DNA of 64,000 bases. It comes from Dehalococcoidia bacterium. GTDB lineage: Bacteria > Chloroflexota > Dehalococcoidia > Plut-88900. Numbering within the stretch: the first letter of the stretch is position 1; each line of letters begins with the position of its first letter. Below the pieces are notes generated by a model, which ran no database searches, had not been told where the DNA came from, and was given only the letters and a program-made list of their open reading frames with translations. The position numbers were made by a program, and so were the translations under genes. The DNA lies in NCBI GenBank assembly GCA_965197645.1, contig OZ240219.1, positions 2,560,001-2,624,000 of the forward strand, read 5' to 3'. This document shows, piece by piece, positions 47,070 to 57,765 of this stretch.

Positions 47070-48836
47070 ATGCTGCCCAAGCCGAGGAAAGACGAGTACC
47101 ACAGCCACGCCTCCATGGGTGTCGAGACCAACGTGGCCGTGGGAATGCGGGACGGCGTCACCCTCTACGCCGACGTGTTCCGGCCCAGCGGCGGCGGCAA
47201 GCACCCCGTCCTCCTCACCCGAATCCCCTATGGCAAGCACATACCCAGGTACCATGCTCTCTACCTGGACCCCGTGCGGGCCGTGTCACGCGGCTATGCC
47301 GTCGTGATCCAGGATGTCCGGGGTCGCCACACCTCCGAGGGTGAGTTCTACCCCTATAGACACGAGATAGAGGACGGGTACGACACCGTGGAGTGGTGCG
47401 CCGAGCAGCCCTGGAGCAACGGGGACGTGGGTATGTTCGGCATCTCCTACCACGGAGCTACCCAGTGGCTGGCGGCGGTGGGAGCTCCCCCTTCTCTCAA
47501 GGCCATCGTCCCTCACGTCACGTCCGACTCCTACTTCGACAGCTGGACATACCTGGGTGGAGTCTTTCAGCTGTGCTGGATCAACACGTGGGTGGCGGGT
47601 ATGACGTTGGACAACCTCCGCGGCACCCCGCCGGCGCTGGCGGATACCACCAGGCAGTTGGAGGAGTGGCTCCGAGACCCTATCTCCCTGTCCAGGCATC
47701 TTCCCCTCAAGGACCTGCCCGTGCTGAAGGGGCTGGCCGACTACTACTACGACTGGCTCGACCACCCCACCTACGACGACTATTGGAAGGCCCTGGACCC
47801 CCGGACGCGGTTCGATAAAGTACGGGTCCCGGCCCTCATCATGGGCGGGTGGTGGGACGGCTTTCTCAGAGGAACGGTGCGCAGCTACGAAGGCGTGACC
47901 CAGCGGGGCGCCACGGAGCTGGCCCGCTCTCAGCAACACATGCTCCTCGGTCCCTGGATGCACGAGCCATCCCCCAACCCCTTCGCCGGGGAGATGCACT
48001 TCGGTGGCGACGGTTCCGGCGATGCCATAGACATGCAGGGGATGATGCTCGCCTGGTTCGATCACTGGTTAGTGGAAGAGGACAACGGCGTCGGCTCCGA
48101 CCCGCCAATCTACTACTTCCTGATGGGGGAGAACGCATGGCGCCGGTCTGACACGTGGCCGCTGACCAACGTCGAGTCCCGAGCCTACTATCTGTCCAGC
48201 GGTGGCCGCGCCAACTCCGCCCACGGCGACGGGACTCTCAGCCTCGAGTCGCCGGACACGGGCAACGGGCCCGACCACTACCTCCACAATCCGGCCAACC
48301 CCGTTCCCACCTGGGGCGGCGCCCACCTGGGCGGTATGGCAGGCATCTTCCACACCGGGGTTAGAAACCAGGCCGCCGTCGAGGCCAGGGAGGATGTGCT
48401 GGTCTACACCTCCTCGCCTCTGGAGCAGGACATGGAGGTCACCGGCAATGTGACGGCTACCGTATGGGCCGCGACCTCGGCCGCCGACGCTGATTGGAAC
48501 GCCCGGCTCTGTGACGTGCACACAGATGGCACATCCTACAATGTTTGCGACGGCATACTCCGGGCCAGTGCTAGGCAGTCCCTGGAGACTCAGGTCTCGA
48601 CCGGCCCCGGTCAGGTCTACAAGTACGAAATCGACCTGGGCCCCACCAGCATGCTGTTCAAGCAGGGGCACCGGCTCCGATTGCAGATAGCCTCCAGCAA
48701 CTTCCCGGCCTACGCCCTCAATCCGGGCGTCGACGGACCCCATCACGCCAGCAGTGAGCTACGGGTTGCCGCGCAGAGCGTCCTCCACGATAGAGACCAT
48801 CCCTCCCGGCTGAACCTGCCGGTAGTTACCGGATAA
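47070..48836 (+). CDS. CocE/NonD family serine hydrolase
   Basis: MRDGVTLYADVFRP, QDVRG..SEG, GISYHG, GWWD, GPWMH. Confidence 0.93.
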   Translation: MLPKPRKDEYHSHASMGVETNVAVGMRDGVTLYADVFRPSGGGKHPVLLTRIPYGKHIPRYHALYLDPVRAVSRGYAVVIQDVRGRHTSEGEFYPYRHEIEDGYDTVEWCAEQPWSNGDVGMFGISYHGATQWLAAVGAPPSLKAIVPHVTSDSYFDSWTYLGGVFQLCWINTWVAGMTLDNLRGTPPALADTTRQLEEWLRDPISLSRHLPLKDLPVLKGLADYYYDWLDHPTYDDYWKALDPRTRFDKVRVPALIMGGWWDGFLRGTVRSYEGVTQRGATELARSQQHMLLGPWMHEPSPNPFAGEMHFGGDGSGDAIDMQGMMLAWFDHWLVEEDNGVGSDPPIYYFLMGENAWRRSDTWPLTNVESRAYYLSSGGRANSAHGDGTLSLESPDTGNGPDHYLHNPANPVPTWGGAHLGGMAGIFHTGVRNQAAVEAREDVLVYTSSPLEQDMEVTGNVTATVWAATSAADADWNARLCDVHTDGTSYNVCDGILRASARQSLETQVSTGPGQVYKYEIDLGPTSMLFKQGHRLRLQIASSNFPAYALNPGVDGPHHASSELRVAAQSVLHDRDHPSRLNLPVVTG

Positions 48837-48852
48837 TCATTCCACACAGCAC

Positions 48853-48884
48853 CAGGAGAAAGGCATCACAGGAGAAAGGCATCA
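48853..48884 (+). repeat. Perfect 16-bp tandem duplication containing the RBS
   Basis: CAGGAGAAAGGCATCA x2 ending 1 nt before the ATG at 48886. Confidence 0.9.
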
Positions 48885-48885
48885 G

Positions 48886-49410
48886 ATGAAGCAGTATCCC
48901 GCACCACCAGCCATGTCCATCGAATCGGACGGCCAGTACACGGCCAAGCTGAACACCAGTATGGGGACCGTCGAGATCGAGCTTCTGTCCAAGCAGGCGC
49001 CGAAAACGGTCAACAACTTCGCGTTTCTCGCTCGAGACGGCTTCTACGATGGGACCATATTTCACCGGGTCATCCCGAATTTCATGATCCAGGGCGGCGA
49101 TCCCGAGGGTTCGGGAAGAGGCGGCCCAGGCTACAGGTTCGAGGACGAGTTCGACGACTCCCTCCAGTTCGAAGGGCCCGGCATTCTGGCCATGGCCAAC
49201 GCCGGACCCAATACCAACGGCAGCCAGTTCTTCATCACCGTGGCCCCTACGCCCCACCTCAACGGCGCGCACACCATCTTCGGGCGCGTAACCGAGGGCT
49301 ACGACGTGGTGGAATCGATCTCCAAGACCAGTACAGGCGCCATGGACCGGCCCTCGGAAGACGTGGTAATCCAAAGCATCGAGCTCATTGAGACCGCCGG
49401 TGGGGACTGA
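48886..49410 (+). CDS. Cyclophilin-type peptidyl-prolyl cis-trans isomerase
   Basis: FHRVIPNFMIQGGDP, LAMANAGPNTNGSQFFIT, HTIFG. Confidence 0.96.
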   Translation: MKQYPAPPAMSIESDGQYTAKLNTSMGTVEIELLSKQAPKTVNNFAFLARDGFYDGTIFHRVIPNFMIQGGDPEGSGRGGPGYRFEDEFDDSLQFEGPGILAMANAGPNTNGSQFFITVAPTPHLNGAHTIFGRVTEGYDVVESISKTSTGAMDRPSEDVVIQSIELIETAGGD

Positions 49411-49491
49411 TTGTCCAATCCCCGGCAATCTGCCGTAGCTTTCCGATAACCCGTTGGACGCCACGAACGGAACTATAGCCGAGGAGACGTC

Positions 49492-49812
49492 ATGAGAGTC
49501 GCGCTGGTGACCATCAACATCAAACCAGAGTTTCGAGACCGTTTCATAGAGGAATCGGTGCTGGAGGCCCAAGGCTCGGTGCAGAACGAGCCGGGCTGCA
49601 TCAGGTTCGACATCCTCCAGGACGAGCAGGATCCCAACCGGGTCTACCTCTACGAGGTGTACAGGGACGCGGCCGCCGAAGAGGCCCACTTGCAGACGCC
49701 TCACTTCCTGAGATGGGATAAGGCCACCCGTGATTGGTTCGCCACTCCTTATGAGATCGCCGAATGTGAGACCGTCTATCCCGAGGAGGCCGATTGGGTG
49801 CCCCAGGCTTGA
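49492..49812 (+). CDS. ABM/LsrG-like dimeric alpha-beta barrel protein
   Basis: EPGCIRFD, LYEVY, AHLQTPHF. Confidence 0.88.
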   Translation: MRVALVTINIKPEFRDRFIEESVLEAQGSVQNEPGCIRFDILQDEQDPNRVYLYEVYRDAAAEEAHLQTPHFLRWDKATRDWFATPYEIAECETVYPEEADWVPQA

Positions 49813-49897
49813 GCACAAGCCATCGACCAGGGATTGACCATAGGACGAACCTTCGGTAATGTAACCGTGCCCCTCGGTCTAGCAAAGGGAGACTGCC

Positions 49898-50965
<1,068 letters not shown>

Positions 50966-50970
50966 CTACG

Positions 50971-52545
50971 ATGGGTTTCACCTGGGAAGCAGCCAGAAAA
51001 GAGCTCAGGGAGCGGCGCGAGCGCGCCTTGCGTCACGGAGGCGCGGATCGGGTGGAACGGCAACACCTGGGGGGCCGGCGCACTATACGGGAGCGAATCG
51101 ACTCTCTCGCCGACCCCGGAAGCTTCCGAGAGATCGGCACGCTGGCGATACGGAAACGATTTGACAGCGAGGGCAACCCCCTGGAGCCGACCCCCTCGGC
51201 CTACGTCATGGGCCTCGCCGAGATAGAAGGCCGACCGGTCGCCGTAGGTGGTGAAGACTTCACCGTCGAGGGAGGGGCCATCGGCGTTGGATTGGACCGG
51301 GCCAAAGGCGGCATGGGCGGGTTCGTGGAGGACCTGGCCCACTTCTACCGCACGCCCCTGGTCATGTGCATGGAGGGGGTCGGAGGTGGTGTCGGCCGGG
51401 AGGCCGAGGAAGGCCACGCACCGCTGGTAAGCTCCGCCGATTTCTCCCGCACCCTCGGTCTGATGGGCGAGGTGCCGGTGCTCATCGCCGCCATGGGCGC
51501 CCTGGCCGGGGTTACCGCTGCTCGTGCCGCTGCGTGTCACTTCTCCGTGATGACAAAGGACACCGCCTGCCTGTTTGCCGGCGGCCCACCCATAGTCGAA
51601 AGGGCCCTGGGGCACCGGATCAACAAGTTCGATCTCGGCGGAGCGGACGTCCACGCCCGTGAATCGGGCCTGATAGACAACGTGGCCGTGGACGAGGACG
51701 ATGCTATAGCCCAGCTCAAACAGGTTCTCAGCTACCTGCCCCAGAACGTGTGGGAAGCACCGGAGCGCCGACCCATCGACGATCCGATTGACAGGCGGGA
51801 CGACGTATTGCTCGACATAATGCCTGAAGACCAGCGCCGGGCCTACGATCCCCACGATATCATCAACATCGTCGTCGATCGGGGCTCCTTCTTCGAGATC
51901 AGCCCCTATTGGGGCCGCGCCTTGATAACCGGATTCGCCCGGTTCGACGGCTATCCAGTCGGAATCCTGTTCAACAATCCCGGTCACCTCGGCGGAGCCC
52001 TCAATGCCACCGCCTCCGAGAAACAGACCAAGTTTGTCGAGTTCTGCGATACCTTTCACCTTCCGCTCGTCTACTTCGTCGACGTTCCCGGCTTCATGAT
52101 AGGCCGAGACGCGGAGAGGGAAGGGACTCTCAGGAAGGGGATGAGGGCCGTACAGGCCATGCTGGAGAGCACAGTGCCCATCGTGTCAGTCTACGTCCAC
52201 AAGGCCTACGGCATGGCCGCCTGCGCCACCGCCAACCCCCAGGGAACCATGCTCCGGTTGGCCTGGCCCAGCGCCGAGTGGGGAGACATGCCCATCGAAG
52301 GGGGCATAGCCGCCGGCTTCAAGCGGGAGATCGAAGCGTCCGCGGATCCCCAGGCCCGCATGGCCGAGATAGAGTCCCAGATGCGAAGGCTTGCCTCTCC
52401 CTTCCGCACCGCCGAGGCCTTCGGCGTCGAGGAGATGATTGACCCCACCGAGACCCGCATGCTCATCTGCCAGTTCATCAAAGCATCTCAGGGCCAGATC
52501 AGGACACGGCTGGGACCGAAGAGCAGGACCGGCGTCAGAATCTAG
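50971..52545 (+). CDS. Acyl-CoA carboxyltransferase (paralogue 1)
   Basis: EDFTVEGG, FAGGPP, DTFHLPLVYFVDVPGF, KAYG. Confidence 0.92.
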   Translation: MGFTWEAARKELRERRERALRHGGADRVERQHLGGRRTIRERIDSLADPGSFREIGTLAIRKRFDSEGNPLEPTPSAYVMGLAEIEGRPVAVGGEDFTVEGGAIGVGLDRAKGGMGGFVEDLAHFYRTPLVMCMEGVGGGVGREAEEGHAPLVSSADFSRTLGLMGEVPVLIAAMGALAGVTAARAAACHFSVMTKDTACLFAGGPPIVERALGHRINKFDLGGADVHARESGLIDNVAVDEDDAIAQLKQVLSYLPQNVWEAPERRPIDDPIDRRDDVLLDIMPEDQRRAYDPHDIINIVVDRGSFFEISPYWGRALITGFARFDGYPVGILFNNPGHLGGALNATASEKQTKFVEFCDTFHLPLVYFVDVPGFMIGRDAEREGTLRKGMRAVQAMLESTVPIVSVYVHKAYGMAACATANPQGTMLRLAWPSAEWGDMPIEGGIAAGFKREIEASADPQARMAEIESQMRRLASPFRTAEAFGVEEMIDPTETRMLICQFIKASQGQIRTRLGPKSRTGVRI

Positions 52546-52589
52546 CGAGCACCGAAACACTGGGCTGTGCCGAGGAGGCCCTGCCTCTC

Positions 52590-52661
52590 GCCGGGAGTCT
52601 GAGAGCCCGCAGAAGGGGCATCCATCAGATATGGAATCTCTCCCTTCCGGGATAGGAACGG
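52590..52661 (+). repeat. Degenerate dispersed intergenic repeat, copy A
   Basis: GCCGGGAGTCTGAGAG..GAGCCCGC..AAGGGG..TCAGATA..CTTCC..GGAA shared with 53369-53454. Confidence 0.65.
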
Positions 52662-52700
52662 TTTGTAGGCGTCACTAATCTACCGAACGAGTACACCTTC

Positions 52701-52729
52701 TTGCTTTTGATTCTGTAACCCCGTATACT
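52701..52729 (+). promoter_or_regulatory. sigma70 promoter for the zinc-ribbon gene
   Basis: TTGCTT-N17-TATACT. Confidence 0.65.
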
Positions 52730-52865
52730 CTCGTCCGTCGGAGGAACGCCTTAGCCACCGCGTAGTCGGTCTATACCCCAGCCCCTCCTGCTACCTGCCA
52801 AAGGGTACGGGTATATCATCCCGCTGCTTCGCTAAGGTGGATTATCAAAAGGAGGCTATAGGCTA

Positions 52866-53189
52866 TTGGAGGACAAGACTTTAACCTGCCGTGACTGCGG
52901 CATGAACTTTACCTTCACCATCGGAGAGCAGGAGTTTTTCCAGGAGCGAGGTCTTACCAACGAGCCTCGTCGCTGTCCCTCATGCCGGCGATCTCGTAAG
53001 ACGGAGCGAGACGGCGGCTACAGCGGAGGTGGGGGCGGAGGCGGGGGTGGAGGCAGCTCTTACCGTGAGATGTACTCCATAACCTGCGCCCAGTGCGGCA
53101 AGGAGGCCCAGGTGCCCTTCCAGCCGAGGCAGGGACGACCGGTCTACTGCAGCGACTGTTTCGAGGCGCAAAAGAGCACCCGGTTCTAG
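52866..53189 (+). CDS. Zinc-ribbon / CxxC-x17-CxxC protein with poly-Gly linker
   Basis: EDKTLTCRDCG..F.FT.GEQEFF..GL.NEPRRCPSCR, G10 linker, CAQCGKEAQVPFQP..GRPVYCSDCF; AAGGAGG RBS, TTG start. Confidence 0.92.
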   Translation: MEDKTLTCRDCGMNFTFTIGEQEFFQERGLTNEPRRCPSCRRSRKTERDGGYSGGGGGGGGGGSSYREMYSITCAQCGKEAQVPFQPRQGRPVYCSDCFEAQKSTRF

Positions 53190-53368
53190 TTCCGGTCCTC
53201 CCGTTCCCGGCAGCCCAACGGGCCCGGCTCTACGCGCTTTCTTTGCCCCGGTCTTCCTATCGAAAACAGCCGGTGTAATCGCTCTCGCCATTCGCCTGTG
53301 GTGGCAAGCCGATGAGCCACGGGGTGTGCAAAGGGACGAAGCTCTTTATCTGATACTGCCTGCTGAGG

Positions 53369-53454
53369 GCCGGGAGTCTGAGAGGCTACGCTGAGCCCGC
53401 CTAAGGGGTGTCCCTCAGATACTTTTTCTCCCCTCTTCCTGGCCAGGAAGGGGG
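53369..53454 (+). repeat. Degenerate dispersed intergenic repeat, copy B
   Basis: Shares GCCGGGAGTCTGAGAG with copy A; contains the palindrome CTTCCTGGCCAGGAAG. Confidence 0.65.
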
Positions 53455-53504
53455 CCAGGGGGAATGGTTGAACAGATTATTTCAGCATCCTGTTTAATCC
53501 CGCA

Positions 53505-53957
53505 ATGACCGACGAAGATTTCATGCAATTAGCCTTGGCAGAGGCCCGTAAAGCCCTCGATGAGGGCAACGAGCCTTTCGGCGGCGTGGTGGTCAAGGAC
53601 GGTGAGATAGTAGTCAGGGCCCACAACACGATCAACACTTCCATGGACGTCACCGCTCACTCAGAGACGGAGTCCGTGCGAGCGGCGAACAAGGCCCTCG
53701 GCGCCTTGGACCTGTCCGGCTGCACCCTCTACTCCTCGTGGGAGCCCTGCGCCATGTGCTGCGGCGCAATCCTCGAGTCCAACATGGATGCCCTGGTCCT
53801 GGGCGGTAGAAAGCTGGACACAGGCCCCGGAGAGTACACCGTCGAGAAGCTGATCGAAATGGCGGGCCATAGCTCCTGCCCGAGGGTGATAACCGGAGTG
53901 CTCCAGGACGAATGCATCGAGCTGGTGGACGGCTGGAGGAAGAGGGTCAACGCCTAA
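53505..53957 (+). CDS. Nucleoside/nucleobase deaminase (TadA/GuaD-like)
   Basis: PFGGVVV, HSE, EPCAMC zinc motif. Confidence 0.9.
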   Translation: MTDEDFMQLALAEARKALDEGNEPFGGVVVKDGEIVVRAHNTINTSMDVTAHSETESVRAANKALGALDLSGCTLYSSWEPCAMCCGAILESNMDALVLGGRKLDTGPGEYTVEKLIEMAGHSSCPRVITGVLQDECIELVDGWRKRVNA

Positions 53958-53968
53958 AAGGAAAGAGT

Positions 53969-54730
53969 ATGGCAAACGTCAAAGTCGGCGACAGAAACAT
54001 CTCCTACTCTCTGGCCGAAGGGGACCGCACGGGCCGCACGGTGCTTCTGATCCACGGCGCCACCGATAACGCCAACATCTGGGCCCATCAAGTTGAATAC
54101 CTCCAATCGGAGCACACGCCGGTAACGGTGAATCTGCCCGGTCGGGGCGGCTCCGACGGCCCGCCCATCAGCAACAACGTCGACTTTCGAGGGTTCATCA
54201 AAGCCTTCGCCGAGGCGCTGGGCCTGCCGCCCTTCGTCATCTGCGGGCACTCCATGGGCGGCTCCATATCCCTCGACTTCGCCCGCTATCACCCGGATTT
54301 GCTGGAGGGGTTCATCATGGTGGCCTCCAGCCCCAAGTGGGATATACCCCAGGAGGTGTGTGACCAGCATCGTTCCGACCTGGACAAAGCCCTGGAAGGG
54401 TTCGGAGAGATGTTCTCCAAGCATACGCCGGACCAGATCAAGGAACAGGCCCTCAAAGAGGCCCGCACCGTCCCCGGCGAGACCGGCGCATCGGACCTGG
54501 AGGCCTGCGGCACCTACGATCTGAGGAACGATCTTGGCGGCATCAACGTCCCTGCTCTGGTTACCGTCGGCGACGAGGACGACGATCAGTCTCTGGGCGG
54601 GTCCAGGTTGGCGGCGTCAAGCCTCCCTAACGTTACCTTCAAGCTGATCCAGCGGTCCGGTCATCCGATAATGCTGGAGCAGCCCGAGGCCCTCAACGAT
54701 CTGCTCGGCTTCTTCCTCAAGTCGTTGTAA
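53969..54730 (+). CDS. Alpha/beta hydrolase
   Basis: LIHG, GHSMGG, GDED, SGH. Confidence 0.92.
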   Translation: MANVKVGDRNISYSLAEGDRTGRTVLLIHGATDNANIWAHQVEYLQSEHTPVTVNLPGRGGSDGPPISNNVDFRGFIKAFAEALGLPPFVICGHSMGGSISLDFARYHPDLLEGFIMVASSPKWDIPQEVCDQHRSDLDKALEGFGEMFSKHTPDQIKEQALKEARTVPGETGASDLEACGTYDLRNDLGGINVPALVTVGDEDDDQSLGGSRLAASSLPNVTFKLIQRSGHPIMLEQPEALNDLLGFFLKSL

Positions 54731-54733
54731 CCG

Positions 54734-56302
54734 CTACACCCTGACGCCGTAACGGGGTTTCGGGCCCAAGCCGGACCTTATCGAACCCTGGGCCGCGTCG
54801 ATGAACTTGTAGATGAACCCCCTGGTCTCGGTGGGGTCCAGCATCTCGTCTAGAGCGAAGTACTCCGCCAACTCCCAGGGCGACGCCTCTTCCAGCCTCT
54901 CCTGCTCCAGCTTGGCGCGGAGCTCATCGGGATCGGATGCTGCGTCTATCTCCCGGCGGTAGGCGGCGGCAACGCCGCCCTCTATCGGAATGCTGCCCCA
55001 CTCGGTTGTAGGCCACATCACCCTTAGCTGAAGCCTATTCGGGTTGGAGGTGGCGTCATAAGCCATCCCGTAGCCCTTCCGCATGTGGACCGTTACCATG
55101 GGTACCGTCGCCTCCGACATCGCCTGCAGCGCTCGCATCCCCTTTCGAAGAGTCCCTTCCCGCTCGGCGTCCTCACCTATCATGAATCCGGGCACGTCCA
55201 CGAGGTAGACTATCGGCAGATGAAAAGTATCGCAGAACTCTATGAACCGGGCTTGCTTCTGAGACCCCCTGGCGTCCAGAGCGCCGCCGATGTGCATTGG
55301 ATTGTTGGCCAGCAATCCTATGGGGAACCCGCCTATCCTAGCCAGTCCCGTGACCAGGCATTGCCCCCATCCCGGGCTTATCTCGAAGAAGGAGTCCTTG
55401 TCCACGACGACGTCGATGACGTCGTGGATGTCGTAGGCTTTGCGCCGGTCCTCCGGCACGATCCTGAGCAGGATATCGTCTTGCCGGTCGGGAGGGTCAC
55501 CGGTATCCAGAAATGGAGGCATATCCCATACGCTCTGGGGCAAGTAGCCGAGCACCCGCTTGAGCTGGCGTAGAGCATCGGCCTCGTCCTCGGCCACGTT
55601 GTCTACCAGCCCCGACTCCTGGGTATGAATGTGGGCGCCGCCCAGCTCGAACTTGTTGATCTTGTATCCGAGGGCCCGCGTAACCAGCGGAGGCCCGCCG
55701 GCGAAGACGCATGCGGTATCCCTCGTCATCACCGAGAAGTGGCTGATCGTCACCCGACCGCCGGCGTAACCGGCACAAGCCCCCATGGCGGCCGTTAGCA
55801 CCGGTACCTCACCGAGTAGCTTGAAAGATGTAGTGAGGCTGCCACCCACCTGGGGCGGTCCCCCCTCCTCCTTGTCCAGGCCTCCTCCGGCCCCTTCTAC
55901 TAGCAGAACAAGGGGGATCCGATACTCGTGGGCCATGTCCTCCACGAACCCTCCCATACCGCCTTTTGATTTAGTCATCCCGCCGGAGCTGGAGCCGCCC
56001 TGCACCGTGAAGTCCTCTCCGCCCACGGCTACCGGGCGCCCATCGATTTTCCCCAGACCCATCACATAGCCCGCCGAGGTGGGTTCCAACCGTGCGCCAT
56101 GAACGTCCCGGCGCTTATGAGTCGTTAAGGTACCCACCTCTTGGAAGCTTCCCGGGTCGGTCAGCTGGTCCAGGCGCTCGCGGATAGTTTGCCGCCCACC
56201 GCTCCTTTGCCTCTCCAACATCTGCTCTCCGCCCAGCTTCAAAGCCCGCTCTCGCCGGTACTTCAGGTCTCTCCTCGCCTCTTCCCAGGTGAATCTGGCC
56301 AT
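54734..56302 (-). CDS. Acyl-CoA carboxyltransferase (paralogue 2)
   Basis: Start MARFTWEE after GGAGGAG; colinear with 50971..52545. Confidence 0.92.
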   Translation of the reverse strand: MARFTWEEARRDLKYRRERALKLGGEQMLERQRSGGRQTIRERLDQLTDPGSFQEVGTLTTHKRRDVHGARLEPTSAGYVMGLGKIDGRPVAVGGEDFTVQGGSSSGGMTKSKGGMGGFVEDMAHEYRIPLVLLVEGAGGGLDKEEGGPPQVGGSLTTSFKLLGEVPVLTAAMGACAGYAGGRVTISHFSVMTRDTACVFAGGPPLVTRALGYKINKFELGGAHIHTQESGLVDNVAEDEADALRQLKRVLGYLPQSVWDMPPFLDTGDPPDRQDDILLRIVPEDRRKAYDIHDVIDVVVDKDSFFEISPGWGQCLVTGLARIGGFPIGLLANNPMHIGGALDARGSQKQARFIEFCDTFHLPIVYLVDVPGFMIGEDAEREGTLRKGMRALQAMSEATVPMVTVHMRKGYGMAYDATSNPNRLQLRVMWPTTEWGSIPIEGGVAAAYRREIDAASDPDELRAKLEQERLEEASPWELAEYFALDEMLDPTETRGFIYKFIDAAQGSIRSGLGPKPRYGVRV

Positions 56303-56459
56303 TTCAACTCCTCCAGAATAAGAACGACGTAGATGGTACGGTTTGGGTACGGCGGTCTGCGACCGCCCGTCAATGCTATCGCTACGGTAACGGCAAGTAA
56401 AGATAGACAAAGGGTACCCTGGGGAGTATCGTGAGGGCCCAGCCGAAGGCCGTTGAAAG

Positions 56460-57749
56460 ATGGAACACCCAGCCCCACGACATTGGTACAGACCCGGGAT
56501 CTTCTATGGCTGGTGGGTCGCCTTCTCCTACGTTGTCCTGAACTTCTACTGGGGCGGCACCCTGATAGTGGGGCTCACTGCCCTCTTCAATCCGATACGG
56601 GATTCCTTCGGCTTTTCCAACACCATCACCGCCACCGCCTTCTCCCTTCGATACGTCATCTCCATACCGGCCTCTCCCATCGTCGGGTTTGTATTCGACA
56701 AGATCGGTTCGCGAGGGATGATGATCTTCGGCACCTTCTGCACCACCGGTGGGCTGCTGTTGCTTGCCGCGACCAGCTCCGCGTGGGTGCTCTTCGCGGC
56801 CTTTGCTGTCACCTCCGTCGGATTTGCCATCTGGCTCGTCGGCACGGGACCGGCTCTGATGATGCTATGGTTCAAGCGACACCGAGGCAAGGCCACGGGG
56901 ATCATCCTCGCCGCCGGGCTGGCTGGGTCGTTTCTAGTGCCAGCGATCGTGTGGTTGGAGGAAGGGTGGGGCTGGCGGACCACCATCGTGATCATCGCCA
57001 TAGGTCTCTTCGCAACCAGCATGCCGGTCAACCTGCTGATACGACACCGGCCGGACAAGTACGGCATGCACCCCGACGGCGACCCGCCAGACGTCACGCG
57101 GGCGCAGGGCCATGCCCTGCCGCTGGCGGAGGAAAGGCCAAGCCTTGGACTAAGGCAGGCGGTGAACAGCCGGGCCTTCTGGCTCCTGACCATCAGCCAG
57201 ACCATACCGTCCCTCGGGGCCAGCTCAGCTCAGCTCTTCATCATTCCTCACCTGGAGGAACAGGGAATAGCAACGTCTACCGCTGGGTTTGCCGTAACTG
57301 CGTTGGGAATGGTAGGCCTGGCAAGCACCCTGCTGCTGGGTTGGCTCGCAGATTACGCCGACCGGCGGTATATCATCGCCGGCGCGTTTCTTCTGGAAGC
57401 AGGCGGTCTGGTCATGCTGGGATTCTCCACGGCCCCCTGGCACCTTGTTCTCTTCGCATTGCTGTACGGCGCCGGCGCCGGGACCTCCTTTCCCGCCGTT
57501 TCCGCCCTCCAGGCCGATTACTTCGGCGTTGCCAATTTCGGCAAGATCCAGGGGGTGTGGTTTTCCATCTACACCAGCGCCGGTGTCATCGGCCCCATCG
57601 TTGGCGGCGCCATCCGGGACGCCACCGATAGCTACACCTTGGTCTTCATCATCTACGCCACTGCCATACTTATTGCCGTAGGCGCTATAATCTCAATTCG
57701 GAGACCGCACCAGACCGCAGCCCAGATCGAACCGGCAACGGTTGCATAG
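56460..57749 (+). CDS. MFS transporter (OFA/monocarboxylate-like)
   Basis: About 12 TM segments; FYGWWV, DKIGSR, WF.RHRGKATG, DYFG. Confidence 0.92.
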   Translation: MEHPAPRHWYRPGIFYGWWVAFSYVVLNFYWGGTLIVGLTALFNPIRDSFGFSNTITATAFSLRYVISIPASPIVGFVFDKIGSRGMMIFGTFCTTGGLLLLAATSSAWVLFAAFAVTSVGFAIWLVGTGPALMMLWFKRHRGKATGIILAAGLAGSFLVPAIVWLEEGWGWRTTIVIIAIGLFATSMPVNLLIRHRPDKYGMHPDGDPPDVTRAQGHALPLAEERPSLGLRQAVNSRAFWLLTISQTIPSLGASSAQLFIIPHLEEQGIATSTAGFAVTALGMVGLASTLLLGWLADYADRRYIIAGAFLLEAGGLVMLGFSTAPWHLVLFALLYGAGAGTSFPAVSALQADYFGVANFGKIQGVWFSIYTSAGVIGPIVGGAIRDATDSYTLVFIIYATAILIAVGAIISIRRPHQTAAQIEPATVA

Positions 57750-57765
57750 CAAGAAGGAGCAAGCA

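Noticed and set aside
53025-53054. G-rich run as a possible VNTR or G-quadruplex element
   Set aside because: It encodes a Gly10 linker with mixed codons, which is typical for this protein family
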